Assembly: GCA_963717505.1 (NCBI GenBank)
Contig: OY970342.1
Location: 768,001 to 832,000 of the forward strand
Length of the DNA stretch: 64,000 nt
Direction: 5' to 3'
Source: Candidatus Eiseniibacteriota bacterium
GTDB taxonomy: Bacteria > Eisenbacteria > RBG-16-71-46
In this document: positions 29,438 through 38,950 of the stretch, piece by piece
Position numbering within the stretch: position 1 is the stretch's first letter
How the letters are laid out: each line of letters begins with the position of its first letter
Program-made: the position numbers and the translations under genes
Notes under the pieces: generated by a model
What the model was told of the DNA's origin: nothing
Database searches by the model: none
The model's input: only the letters and a program-made list of their open reading frames with translations

Positions 29438-30019
29438 ATGCGCAAACTCATCGTCTGCAACATCGTCTCGCTCGACGGCTATTACTCCGGCCCGGGCGGA
29501 GACGTCATGGCCATGCCGTTCGACAACGGCTTCTCCGACTACAACGCGGAACGGCTCCGGGCGGCCGACACGCTGCTACTCGGGCGCAAGTCGTACGAGG
29601 GCTTCCGGTCTTACTGGCCCGCGATCGCCGAGGACGTGAGCCAGCCGGCTGTGGAGCGCGAGATCTCGCGTCTCAACGCCGCCATCGAGAAGGTCGTGGT
29701 CTCGAACAGCCTGAAGCCGGACGAAGTCGAGGGATGGGGCCCGACCCGCGTCGTGCGGCGCGCGGACGCGCACGCCGAGATCGCCGCACTCAAGGAAGGT
29801 CCGGGTCGGGAGATCCTGATGTTCGGCAGTCACGTCCTCTGGAACGACCTGCTCGCCAACAACTTGGTCGACGAGCTGCACTTGATGATCGGTGCCGGCG
29901 TGGTCGGCGAGGGCGTGCGGGCGTTCGAGACGCGGCCACCTGGCTCACTCCGCCTGCTTGACACCCGCTCCTTCGACGGCTCGAGCCTGCTCCTGGCCCG
30001 GTACGCCGTCGAGCGCTGA
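29438..30019 (+). CDS. Dihydrofolate reductase/RibD C-terminal family protein
   Basis: MRKLIV....SLDGY, LLGRKSYE, KVVVSNSL, FGS, LVDELHL. Confidence 0.9.
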   Translation: MRKLIVCNIVSLDGYYSGPGGDVMAMPFDNGFSDYNAERLRAADTLLLGRKSYEGFRSYWPAIAEDVSQPAVEREISRLNAAIEKVVVSNSLKPDEVEGWGPTRVVRRADAHAEIAALKEGPGREILMFGSHVLWNDLLANNLVDELHLMIGAGVVGEGVRAFETRPPGSLRLLDTRSFDGSSLLLARYAVER

Positions 30020-30043
30020 CTGCCGGTGCACGATGAGGCGTAC

Positions 30044-30098
30044 GCCTAACAATTCATTCAAGGCGACGCCCGGCCCGCAGTGTCGAATGTCGTTGGGC
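30044..30098 (+). other. attC recombination site (degenerate right half)
   Basis: GCCTAACAATTCATTCAAGGCGACGCC (classical attC left arm) ... GAATGTC-GTTGGGC (GTTRRRY). Confidence 0.72.
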
Positions 30099-30111
30099 GT
30101 GCCCGGCCCCC

Positions 30112-30570
30112 TCAAGCGCCCCGCGTGTAGACGTCCGGGTCCCAGCGCTCCATCCAGCGGTCCGGCTTGGCAATCGCCGTCCAGCCGGTCTTCGCATAGA
30201 GCTCGTGCGCGTCGCGGGTGAGCAGGATCCAGCGCCTGAGCCCCTGTAGATCGGGATGGGCGACGACGCACTCCATGAGCCAGACACTGAGCCCACGACC
30301 TCGGTGCTCGGGGAGTACGAACACGTCGCCGAGATAGGCGACCGTCGCGCGATCCGAGACGACGCGAGCGAAGCCGATCTGCCGGCTCCCGGCGAGCAGG
30401 CTGAACGGGATCGACTGTTCGATCGAACGCCGCACGACGTTACGCGGGATCCCCTTGGCCCAGTAAGACTCGACCAGGAAGCCGTGGACCATGTCGAGGT
30501 CGACACGGTCGGGATCGGTGGTGACGAGGTATTCGCCGCGCTGCCATTCCTGGAGCATGGTCGCGATCAT
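30112..30570 (-). CDS. GNAT N-acetyltransferase
   Basis: SYWAKGIP, QIGFARVVSD, DVFVLPEHRGRGL, TRDAHELY; alternative start 30558. Confidence 0.9.
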   Translation of the reverse strand: MIATMLQEWQRGEYLVTTDPDRVDLDMVHGFLVESYWAKGIPRNVVRRSIEQSIPFSLLAGSRQIGFARVVSDRATVAYLGDVFVLPEHRGRGLSVWLMECVVAHPDLQGLRRWILLTRDAHELYAKTGWTAIAKPDRWMERWDPDVYTRGA

Positions 30571-30576
30571 AGCAAC

Positions 30577-30600
30577 GGCGGCGGGGAAATCCCCACCGCC
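30577..30600 (-). terminator. Hairpin downstream of the Spy/CpxP-like gene
   Basis: GGCGGCGGGGA-AA-TCCCCACCGCC; weak U-tract. Confidence 0.4.
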
Positions 30601-30636
30601 GCGTCCAGGCCTCGATGAAATCTGAATCCCTTCGAT

Positions 30637-31311
30637 CTACGTGTCGCCGCCCTCGCCTTGCGTCGGGGGCGTCGGGGCGCGCATCTTGCGCGATCCACTG
30701 CTTCTCGCTTCCTTCAACTTCTGCTTCTGCTCCGGCGTCAGGACCGACCGCATCTCGATCCGGCTGCCGACGCGCGACTTCTCGAGGTCGGCGCGCATCC
30801 TCGCCATCCGATCGATCTGGGCGTTGATCTTGGCGACGTCGGCATTGTCCTCGCGCGTCAACGCGCGCAGGTCCATGCGCGCGATGTCGAGATCAGCCTT
30901 GGTCTTGATCGCCTGCCGCTGCTGCCGGTCAGCGATGTCGCGCATCTTGGTGCGCTGGGCTTCCGTCAGGTCGAGGTCCGCGGCCAGCATGCCCATGCGA
31001 TGGGCACGATGGCGCATTCCGCGGAACCCGTGTCCGCGATGCATCATGACGCGCTCGGCGCGGGGCGCCTCCGGCGTGTACGCCAGCACGTCATCGTCGA
31101 GTTCCATGTCGAGCGCCAACGGATCGATCTCCTCCTCCCACACCGGCAAGTCGGCCAACGGCGCGAGAGCGGGAACCGGCGCCACGGCGGGTGTCGCCGG
31201 GGTCCACGACACCGGTGGCGCCGGAGGCGCCGGTGGCGTCGGAGCCTGGGCTCCGACCGCGGCCGCCCCGACGATTGTTGCGGCCACGACTGCGATGGTG
31301 ATGCGCTTCAT
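30637..31311 (-). CDS. Spy/CpxP-family periplasmic protein (LTxxQ motifs)
   Basis: Signal peptide, Pro-rich linker, LDLTEAQ and VLTPEQKQKL. Confidence 0.8.
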   Translation of the reverse strand: MKRITIAVVAATIVGAAAVGAQAPTPPAPPAPPVSWTPATPAVAPVPALAPLADLPVWEEEIDPLALDMELDDDVLAYTPEAPRAERVMMHRGHGFRGMRHRAHRMGMLAADLDLTEAQRTKMRDIADRQQRQAIKTKADLDIARMDLRALTREDNADVAKINAQIDRMARMRADLEKSRVGSRIEMRSVLTPEQKQKLKEARSSGSRKMRAPTPPTQGEGGDT

Positions 31312-31393
31312 GGTTTCACCTCGTGTTTCCGGGTACCGCCCGGATGCGGTCGGGACCATCGGGGCCCGCGGTTTGAGCCAGGGATCTCATGGT

Positions 31394-32236
31394 TCAATTA
31401 TCGGCCGGAGCATGGCCAGCCGGGAAGTAGGCGTGACTCGGTCTGCGATAGAGCAGGCGAAACCCCAGGCGCGCCATGTTGCGAAACGATGCATTGGGCT
31501 TCTCGGGCAGGTCGTCCGCGGTCTCGCTGGTCACCCATTCGCACCCGCCCGCCCGGGCGTCGGCGACTCGCCGGGCGATCATCGCCGACTGCCACCCGCG
31601 GCCTCTATGCGTCGCCAGCGTTCCGCCCCAGCCCAACCAGCCCATGCCGTCTTGCGCGAAAAGGGCGCCGATTGCCACCGCGTGTTCGCCGTCGTAACCG
31701 ATGTAGTGGGTCCAGCCGGCGCGGCCCATGGTGCAGACGAACCACGCCCCGATTCCCGGTGGCTCGGTGGAAAAGATCTGCTTCGCCAGGTCGGCGAAGA
31801 CGATGCCCTGCTCCGGTCCCACGGCCTCGATCTGCAGTCGGCCGACGGCTGCGGTCGGTTCATGTGTCTCCCGCACCCAGCGCACCCAGTTGAAGTAGGA
31901 ATGCAGCCCGCGTTCTTCGAGCCATTGGCTCACGCCGTCGGGCTCTGCCGAGGGCACCGGCTGAATGGAAAACGGGACCCGCCGGTCGTAGAGCGCGATC
32001 GCAGCGTCGATCTCGGCTGGAGTGACCGGCCGGTCGAGCCCAAAGCCAAAGGCACGGTTGTAGAGCAACGTCGGCACCTCGCTCGCGATCAGCGCCACAC
32101 CATCGGCAACGGGCTCGGCTCGTAGTCCCATTTCCGCGGACTTCTCGGGAGAGGTGGCAGCGATCGCGTCGCGCCACACCGCCTCCTCATTGCGTTCCGC
32201 CCGGCGGATCAGTTGGCGGTCGTCGATCAGTGGCAT
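31394..32236 (-). CDS. GNAT-family acetyltransferase
   Basis: GGTLATHRGRGWQSAMIARR, SET, NASFRNMARLGF. Confidence 0.8.
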   Translation of the reverse strand: MPLIDDRQLIRRAERNEEAVWRDAIAATSPEKSAEMGLRAEPVADGVALIASEVPTLLYNRAFGFGLDRPVTPAEIDAAIALYDRRVPFSIQPVPSAEPDGVSQWLEERGLHSYFNWVRWVRETHEPTAAVGRLQIEAVGPEQGIVFADLAKQIFSTEPPGIGAWFVCTMGRAGWTHYIGYDGEHAVAIGALFAQDGMGWLGWGGTLATHRGRGWQSAMIARRVADARAGGCEWVTSETADDLPEKPNASFRNMARLGFRLLYRRPSHAYFPAGHAPADN

Positions 32237-32317
32237 TCGGCCGGAGAACCAAGCCGCCTCACGGTTATGGATCGTCTGGCGAGGTAGAAGGTTGCATCTT
32301 CGACGCCAGTTCGAATG

Positions 32318-33739
32318 TCAGTGCAGCGTGAACTTCACCGGGATCACGACCCAGACCGCGATGGGTTCTCCCGCGGTCATCGCAGGCTTGAAAGTCCATA
32401 GCCAGACGGCGTCCAACGCCGCGTCGTCGAGCTTGACGATCGAGTTGACCACGAACGCGTCCTGGACACTTCCGTCCCGGCCGACCAAGGCCTGGATCAC
32501 AACGGTCCCTTGGACACCATCCTTTCTCGCGACCTCCGGATACGAGGGAGCTTGCCGGTGCTTGGGCTCGGGAAGTTCTTCGACCAGGACCGAGTCGATG
32601 CCGAACAGTCGTCCCTCGAGATTCGTCCCGGAGCCCTCCGGCGGTAGCGCCAGGGCTTGGAGCACGGTATCGCTGGGCAAGGCCGCGCGGACCAAATCGA
32701 ACAGCGAGTCGGCGCGTTCCCCGAAGTGGACGATTCCAAACGGCTGGTCCGGGCGGAAGACTTGCGCGCAACGCCATTCGAAGTCGAGCAGCGCATAGAT
32801 AGGTCCGCCCGCCTGAAGCTCGACGACGAACAGAGGCACCTCCAGCCGCTCGTCGCATGGCTTGCGCGAGGTGCGGCAGCTCCCGGTCGAATCCCAGTCG
32901 GACTCCCGCATCAGCAGACGGACGAAAGAGGCGGTCCACGTTCGATCGGCCTTCTCGATGACGTAGGAGCGAAGCGTGGACTTCCGGCCGTGCGTCCGTC
33001 CGCGGTAGGCCCAGGGAGCCACGCCGGATCCGCAAACCGTGCTGACCCTCGCCTGCTCGGCGGCCGCGAGTTTCTCGAACAAGGGCGCAAAGGGCTTCAT
33101 GACGGGGGCGGGCGGCTTGAATGTCGGGGCCGCAGACAATCCCGGAGGCGCGCAAATGAGGGCCGCCGCTAATGCGCCCAAGAGCGGCGCCTGGGGCATG
33201 TGTCGCCGGATGATCGCCGCCACGGCCAGGACCACCACTGCCACCATCATGATCGCGAAGCCGAGGAACTTGACCGCGGTCACCGGTGCCACTAGTGCAC
33301 TGACGGCACCGGGTCCTGGGAACGCCGCGAGCGCCTCGATCAGCACCAGATTCTCGGCGATATCGGCCGCGGCCACCGCCAGCGGCACCAACACCGCGTA
33401 TCGACTCCAATTTCGCTCCAGACGAGAGCGCTTGACGAGCCAACCGATCAACAGCGTGAACGCCGCGCCAAACAGAACCGGATTGAGCAAGTCCCAATAC
33501 TGAAACTCCAGGTAGAGGGGTCGGCCGTGCTCTCCCAGCTCTTCCAGAAACGAGACCAGGCCGCCCTCGTAGCTCGCGCCTTCCTCGGGAAGCGGGGCCC
33601 CTGCGACCGCACTCTTGATCTCCGGGTAAGGCGCGAACCGGAACAGCAGGAGGCTGCCGGCGATCAACAGCACGAACGCGATCAGCGCTCCGCGGCCGCT
33701 CGCCCAGGACAGGAGGAACGCGACGAATCGGCTCACCAT
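32318..33739 (-). CDS. Membrane protein fused to a TonB C-terminal domain
   Basis: About four N-terminal TM helices (ADIAEN motif); C-terminal PSYPEVARKDGVQGTVVIQALVGRDG...LDDAALDAV..W.FKPA. Confidence 0.75.
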   Translation of the reverse strand: MVSRFVAFLLSWASGRGALIAFVLLIAGSLLLFRFAPYPEIKSAVAGAPLPEEGASYEGGLVSFLEELGEHGRPLYLEFQYWDLLNPVLFGAAFTLLIGWLVKRSRLERNWSRYAVLVPLAVAAADIAENLVLIEALAAFPGPGAVSALVAPVTAVKFLGFAIMMVAVVVLAVAAIIRRHMPQAPLLGALAAALICAPPGLSAAPTFKPPAPVMKPFAPLFEKLAAAEQARVSTVCGSGVAPWAYRGRTHGRKSTLRSYVIEKADRTWTASFVRLLMRESDWDSTGSCRTSRKPCDERLEVPLFVVELQAGGPIYALLDFEWRCAQVFRPDQPFGIVHFGERADSLFDLVRAALPSDTVLQALALPPEGSGTNLEGRLFGIDSVLVEELPEPKHRQAPSYPEVARKDGVQGTVVIQALVGRDGSVQDAFVVNSIVKLDDAALDAVWLWTFKPAMTAGEPIAVWVVIPVKFTLH

Positions 33740-33740
33740 G

Positions 33741-36335
33741 TCATTGCGTGCTCATCCCGCCCAGGTAGATGGCGTTGAACAGCAGCTTGTAGGTGCCCAC
33801 CGTTTGCCCGCGGTGCTGGACGCGCGGCCCGAACAGCACGACCCGACCCTTGCCGAGTTGCGCGGTGACGATCGCCGCGCGCCCCGTCATGTGCTCGGTG
33901 CCGTCGGCCCAGCCGCTGGCCACGATCTGGTCCGCGTACTGGGGAAAGCGAGCGACCACGGAGCGGCCGACGCCGGCGCCCGGGATCGAGGTCGCGAACA
34001 CCGGCCCATTGCTGTACCAGGCCACCGCCTCGGAGGGCATGCCGTAGCCGACCGGGTCGGTGGGGTCGACCACCAGGTTCACCAGCGTTCCCGGGAGCGA
34101 GTAGTCGTCGCGCCTGAGACGCGACACGGTGCTGCGCACCGGCAGATTGAAGTCCATGAGCGGCAGCTCGCACGACTCCGACAGGCAGATCAGAGTTCCG
34201 CCCTGCTCGACGAAGGCCTTCAAGTTCTCGACGCCGTCCTTGCCGATCCCGCCCGCGTACTTGGGCGGCAGCGGCTCGAAGTAGGTCGGGTCGCCCTCGG
34301 TCTTCGGTTTGCCGTCGACGATCTCGCTGCGGTCCTCGCTCGGCAGGATGATGACGTCGAACTTCGATCGCAGGTTCTTCTGCTTGATCGCTGCATTGTC
34401 GAGGCTCGTGTGCTTGAAGCCGTGGCGATCGAGCACCATGCGCGTCCAACCTTCGTCCATCGACGCCGCCCACGGCTTGTACATGGCGACGCGCGGCGCC
34501 TTGAGTGCGGCCCCGGCCGGCGGCGCTTCTCCGAGTCGGAAGACCGCGACCTGGTGGGTGTCGGCCAGCGCCGCTGTCTGACCGAGGGCACTGCCGGGCA
34601 CGATGTAGTCGCCGGCGGCGAACTCGCGTCCGCCGCCAGTGAACGCGGCGCGCGCGCGCTCGACGCGTACGCCCTTCTCGAGCAGCGCATTGACGACGCG
34701 CACGGCGCGATGCTCGGCGCCACGGATCACGACCGATGCCGCGTTGCCGCCGGTCGGGTTCTGCAGCTTCTCCGGGGCTTCGAGTTTGCGCATCGGGACA
34801 TCGAACCGATCGTCGACCCGCGCCCACTCGACGCCCATCAACAACGGCAGCGTCCACGCGGTGACGTCGTAGGGACGAAAGATCTCCTTGGTGTCCGGCC
34901 CCTGCCGCACTTCGGGGTAGCGCTGGCGTTCCAGCATTTCGACCAGGAATGGCCGATAGGGCTGAGCGGCCAGGAACACGGTGCTCCCTCCGGGGAACCG
35001 GCGGCCGTCGCTCGTGACAATGTCTCCCTGCGTCACGTGCGCCTCGAGTCCGTTCTCGCGCAGCACATCGACCATGGCCGCCGACGCTCCGGGGTCGAGC
35101 TGGTTGGGCGGGATCACGTAGGCGAACGGCGCCTGCCCGGTTCCGCGCGCGACCTCGTCCTTCGCCATCCGCAGGCACGCGCGCAACAGCTCCTCGCGAT
35201 AGCGGCTGCAGGTCTCGATCAGGCTGTTCGAAGCGATCAGCTCGTAGTCGACGATGTCGCGCAGGCGCCACCAGCCGCCGGGCCAGGGATTGGGGAAGTT
35301 CATTTGCGGCTTGTAGTCGGGCAGCCCCTTGCGTCCGCCCGACAGCTCGTTCGGATCCACGTACACCGGCGTGGCGATCCGGCACGACGAGACTTCGGTC
35401 AGGAGCCCGATCACGTTCTTGAGACACGCGGTGTTCTTGGTGCCGCCCGGCCAGTAAGCGTCGTACGCGTAGGAGTCGATCACGCCGCGCTTGTCGGCTT
35501 CTTCGAGCCGGAGCGCCATGTGAGTTCCGACCAGGTCGTTCAGTCGCCACTGGAGCGGATGCACCATCGTCGTGTGCGGATCGGCGTAGGGCGGCACGAA
35601 GATGCGCGGCGTGGTCGCGCCCATCTGGTGTTCGTCGAGGAACACTTGCGGGAACCACTCGTGATGGAGCACGTGATTCACGGCTCGGGTCTCGACCAGG
35701 TTGAGCATGTACCAGTCGCGGTTGTTGTCGTGGCCAGCGTAGTGGTGGTAGAGCCACGGCAGGCGGCCACCCTCCCACTCGGTGCCGAGATACTCCCGGT
35801 AGTAGTCGACGATCATGTCCTGGCCATCGGGATTGATCGACGGCATGAGCAGCAGGATGACGTCGTCCAGCCAGGCGCGGGTTTCGGCGTCCTCGGTGGT
35901 CGCCAGTTGCCACGCCCATTCCATCGCCATCTGGCTCGACCCGATCTCGCTCGCGTGGATGTTGCAGGTCACGAGCACGATCGACTTGCCCTCGGCGATC
36001 AACTGCTCGGCCTCGGCATCGGAGAGCCCGCGCGGGTCGGCGAGCTTGCGAGCGATCTCGCGGTAGCGTGGCAGCTCCCGCATGTTCGCTTCGCTCGAGA
36101 TGACCGCCATGATCATTGGGCGGTCGAGCGTCGAGCGGCCGACTTCCTGGACCTGAACCCGCTCCGACGATTGGTCGAGCGCCTGGAAATAGCCGGTGAT
36201 CTGCTTCCAGTCGGCGAGCTTGCGGTCGGCGCCGACCGGATGGCCGAGGAACGACTCCGGGGTCGGCGGCGCGGCGAGTGCACTGGACCAGGCCAGCGCG
36301 ATGGCAATCGGGACGAACGGGCGGGGCAGGCGCAT
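33741..36335 (-). CDS. M14 zinc carboxypeptidase with C-terminal GATase-like domain
   Basis: IHASEIG, NPDG, HDNNRDW, DEHQMG, MDEGWTR. Confidence 0.9.
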   Translation of the reverse strand: MRLPRPFVPIAIALAWSSALAAPPTPESFLGHPVGADRKLADWKQITGYFQALDQSSERVQVQEVGRSTLDRPMIMAVISSEANMRELPRYREIARKLADPRGLSDAEAEQLIAEGKSIVLVTCNIHASEIGSSQMAMEWAWQLATTEDAETRAWLDDVILLLMPSINPDGQDMIVDYYREYLGTEWEGGRLPWLYHHYAGHDNNRDWYMLNLVETRAVNHVLHHEWFPQVFLDEHQMGATTPRIFVPPYADPHTTMVHPLQWRLNDLVGTHMALRLEEADKRGVIDSYAYDAYWPGGTKNTACLKNVIGLLTEVSSCRIATPVYVDPNELSGGRKGLPDYKPQMNFPNPWPGGWWRLRDIVDYELIASNSLIETCSRYREELLRACLRMAKDEVARGTGQAPFAYVIPPNQLDPGASAAMVDVLRENGLEAHVTQGDIVTSDGRRFPGGSTVFLAAQPYRPFLVEMLERQRYPEVRQGPDTKEIFRPYDVTAWTLPLLMGVEWARVDDRFDVPMRKLEAPEKLQNPTGGNAASVVIRGAEHRAVRVVNALLEKGVRVERARAAFTGGGREFAAGDYIVPGSALGQTAALADTHQVAVFRLGEAPPAGAALKAPRVAMYKPWAASMDEGWTRMVLDRHGFKHTSLDNAAIKQKNLRSKFDVIILPSEDRSEIVDGKPKTEGDPTYFEPLPPKYAGGIGKDGVENLKAFVEQGGTLICLSESCELPLMDFNLPVRSTVSRLRRDDYSLPGTLVNLVVDPTDPVGYGMPSEAVAWYSNGPVFATSIPGAGVGRSVVARFPQYADQIVASGWADGTEHMTGRAAIVTAQLGKGRVVLFGPRVQHRGQTVGTYKLLFNAIYLGGMSTQ

Positions 36336-36474
36336 GCGCGTAACACCTCCGACAATCGCGGTTGGAGGGGATCAGGGAGCGGCGTATCCTAACGAAGCTA
36401 GCGTACCCGATTTCGCAGAATCGCCCTCTGGAGCCGCGCCCGCGGTAGACGCTTCAGGAGAAGCCGCCCCCCCC

Positions 36475-38949
36475 ATGGATCCGGTCGCCTGGAGGCGCAT
36501 AGAAGAGGTCTTCTTCGGAGCCCTCGAGCGTCCCGTCGAGGAACGCGAAGCGTATTTGCGCGAGGCCTGCGGCGACGATCGAGCGTTGCGCGATGAGGTT
36601 GCCGGCTTGCTCCAGGTGCACGAGGAGGAGGGCGGAACCGGGACCTCCCATCCCCTGCTCCCCGCATTCGAGCGGCCCGACGCCGTCGGATCGTTGATCG
36701 GATCCCGCCTCGGGGCCTATTCCGTGGAAGCCCTGATCGGTCACGGCGGTATGGGCGAAGTTTATCGCGCATCCCGTGCGGACGATGAGTATCACCAGCA
36801 CGTGGCGATCAAGGTGATCCGATCGGGTCGTAGCACGCCGGATTCCGCACGGCGCTTCCGAGTCGAACGCCAGATCCTGGCGACCCTTCAACATCCGAAT
36901 ATTGCCACGTTGCTCGACGGCGGCGTGACGCCGACCGGGGAGCCCTTCCTCGTCATGCAGTACGTGGATGGCGCGCCGATCACGCGGTACGCCGACGAGA
37001 AGGGTCTGTCCGTCGCGGAGCGACTGCGTCTGTTCAACGTCGTCGCAAACGCTGTGCAATTCGCGCACGCCCATCTGATCGTCCATCGCGATCTCAAGCC
37101 GTCCAACATCCTGGTCACCGCGGACGGGCAGCCGCGACTCCTGGACTTCGGCATCGCCAAGCTGCTGGAAGCCGAGCGCCCAGACTCGACGACCGAGAGT
37201 CTCGTGCTCCTGACTCCGGAGCATGCGGCGCCCGAGCAGTTCCTCGGCACACCTGTAACCACCGCGACGGACGTCTACGCCCTCGGCGTTCTGCTGTACG
37301 AACTGCTTGCCGGCATGCGGCCATTCCACAAGCTAAGTGCGCTGGAACTGGCACGCGCCGTTTGTGACACCGATCCGCCGCCCCCGAGCTCTGTGGCCCC
37401 GCCTTCGATCGCGCGTCTCCTTCGCGGAGATCTCGATCAAGTCGTACTGATGGCACTCCGCAGGGACCCGGCGCGCCGATACGCCTCCGCCGGTCAGTTT
37501 GCCGAAGACATCACGCGGCACCTGGGCGGGCAGCCGGTGATCGCCAAGGCCGACACCTTGAGCTACCGACTGCGCAAGTTCGTCGGACGCAATCGCGTGG
37601 GAGTCGCCGCGGCAGCCGTGGTGATGGCGACCCTGATGGGCGCCGTGATCGTCACCTCTCGCGAGTCCGCACGACGCGCACAAGCGCTGCGCGTCGCCCA
37701 GGCCGAACGCGCGGCCGCCACGCGAATCTCCGATTTCCTCATGGGCGTGTTCACCGCGAACGATCCGTCGGAAGCCCGCGGACGCACCGTCACCGCCCGC
37801 GAGCTGCTCGATCGCGCGGCCGTCAGCGTGAAGGGCGATCTCGCGCAGGACCCGTCGACACGCATGGACCTCGAGCTGGCCATCGGAAGGGCGTATCAAT
37901 CATTGGGGCTCAGCACGCAGGCCGCACCTCTGATCGACGAGGTCGTCGCGTACCGGCGAGCCGAGAATCCGCGGGACCTGGTCAAACTTGCGGATGCCGT
38001 CGAGTGGCAGGGTCGATGCCTGCATGCGCGGGGACAGCCTGACGACGGCGTGGCCCTCGTTCGCGAAGCGCTCACGCTTCGCGAACAGGCCCTCGGCCCG
38101 AACGACTTGACGGTGGGACGAACGCTGACCTTGCTATCGAACTATCTATTCACGACCGATATGATGGATACATCCGGAGCGGTGGATCGTTCCGCCCGAC
38201 GCGCCATTGATATCTTTCGCACCGCCACTCCGCCTGCCCATCGTGATATCGCTTTGGCGCTGCGCTCCATCGGTTGGACTCAGCTCGACCAGAACAAGCC
38301 CGTCGAGGCCCTCGCGACTTTCCGGAGTTCGGTCGAGGAAGGTCGCAAAGCAGTCAGCGAAGACGATCCAATGATGTTCAATCTCTACGAGGGTCTGGCG
38401 GTTGCCTACCAGGTGAATGGCCAGTCGGACTCCGCGATCGCCATTCAGCGACGCCTGCTCGCCGCGCGCGAGCGGGTTTACGGCCCGGACCATCCCGACT
38501 ATGCGTTCAGCTTGTACAACCTGGCGCGGACGCTGACGCGGGCGGGCCAGTTCAAGGAAGGCCTGCCCCTCTTCCAGCGCTGCATCGAGGTTCGAGAAAA
38601 GTCGCTGGGCTCCGAGCACTACCTGGTCGGCTACGCCATGCATTCGTATGCGGTGGCCACCGCACAGTCGGGGGACCTTGCCGGCAGCATCCCTCGATTC
38701 GAGCGTGCGGCAGCCATCCTCGACGCGGCCCTCGGCCCCACGCACAGCATGCTGCAGGATGCGCTCGAAGGACTCGCGATCGTGCGAACCATGACGGGAC
38801 AAGTTGGACCTGCCCTAGACGCGCTGGAAGCCGCGGTGAAGGCCGGCTACAACCGGCCGGAGCGCATGCAGCAGCAGCCGTTCACGCGGCTGGCTCGCGA
38901 ACCCCGCTTCCAGTCGCTGGTCGCCGGAATGAAGAAGTCGGGCGGATAG
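36475..38949 (+). CDS. Hanks-type Ser/Thr kinase with TM helix and TPR C-terminus
   Basis: GHGGMGEVY, VAIK, HRDLKPSN, DFGIAK, APEQ, DVYALG; TPR-like repeats. Confidence 0.93.
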   Translation: MDPVAWRRIEEVFFGALERPVEEREAYLREACGDDRALRDEVAGLLQVHEEEGGTGTSHPLLPAFERPDAVGSLIGSRLGAYSVEALIGHGGMGEVYRASRADDEYHQHVAIKVIRSGRSTPDSARRFRVERQILATLQHPNIATLLDGGVTPTGEPFLVMQYVDGAPITRYADEKGLSVAERLRLFNVVANAVQFAHAHLIVHRDLKPSNILVTADGQPRLLDFGIAKLLEAERPDSTTESLVLLTPEHAAPEQFLGTPVTTATDVYALGVLLYELLAGMRPFHKLSALELARAVCDTDPPPPSSVAPPSIARLLRGDLDQVVLMALRRDPARRYASAGQFAEDITRHLGGQPVIAKADTLSYRLRKFVGRNRVGVAAAAVVMATLMGAVIVTSRESARRAQALRVAQAERAAATRISDFLMGVFTANDPSEARGRTVTARELLDRAAVSVKGDLAQDPSTRMDLELAIGRAYQSLGLSTQAAPLIDEVVAYRRAENPRDLVKLADAVEWQGRCLHARGQPDDGVALVREALTLREQALGPNDLTVGRTLTLLSNYLFTTDMMDTSGAVDRSARRAIDIFRTATPPAHRDIALALRSIGWTQLDQNKPVEALATFRSSVEEGRKAVSEDDPMMFNLYEGLAVAYQVNGQSDSAIAIQRRLLAARERVYGPDHPDYAFSLYNLARTLTRAGQFKEGLPLFQRCIEVREKSLGSEHYLVGYAMHSYAVATAQSGDLAGSIPRFERAAAILDAALGPTHSMLQDALEGLAIVRTMTGQVGPALDALEAAVKAGYNRPERMQQQPFTRLAREPRFQSLVAGMKKSGG

Positions 38950-38950
38950 C

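Larger units (their letters stand above)
28162..30098 (+). mobile_element. Integron gene-cassette array without integrase in the window (CALIN-like)
   Basis: Core GTTAGGC at 28162, attC sites at 29336 and 30044, short co-oriented ORFs, first two ORFs visibly lower in GC. Confidence 0.72.

Noticed and set aside
29438-30019. Cassette-borne trimethoprim-resistance dfr gene
   Set aside because: The sequence fits the RibD-C-terminal family (SLDGY, LVDELHL), not DfrA or DfrB
33738-36392. Long alternative-frame and antisense ORFs (for example 884 aa on +), common across the window
   Set aside because: Shadow ORFs caused by high GC3; Arg/Pro/Ala-rich with no family motifs
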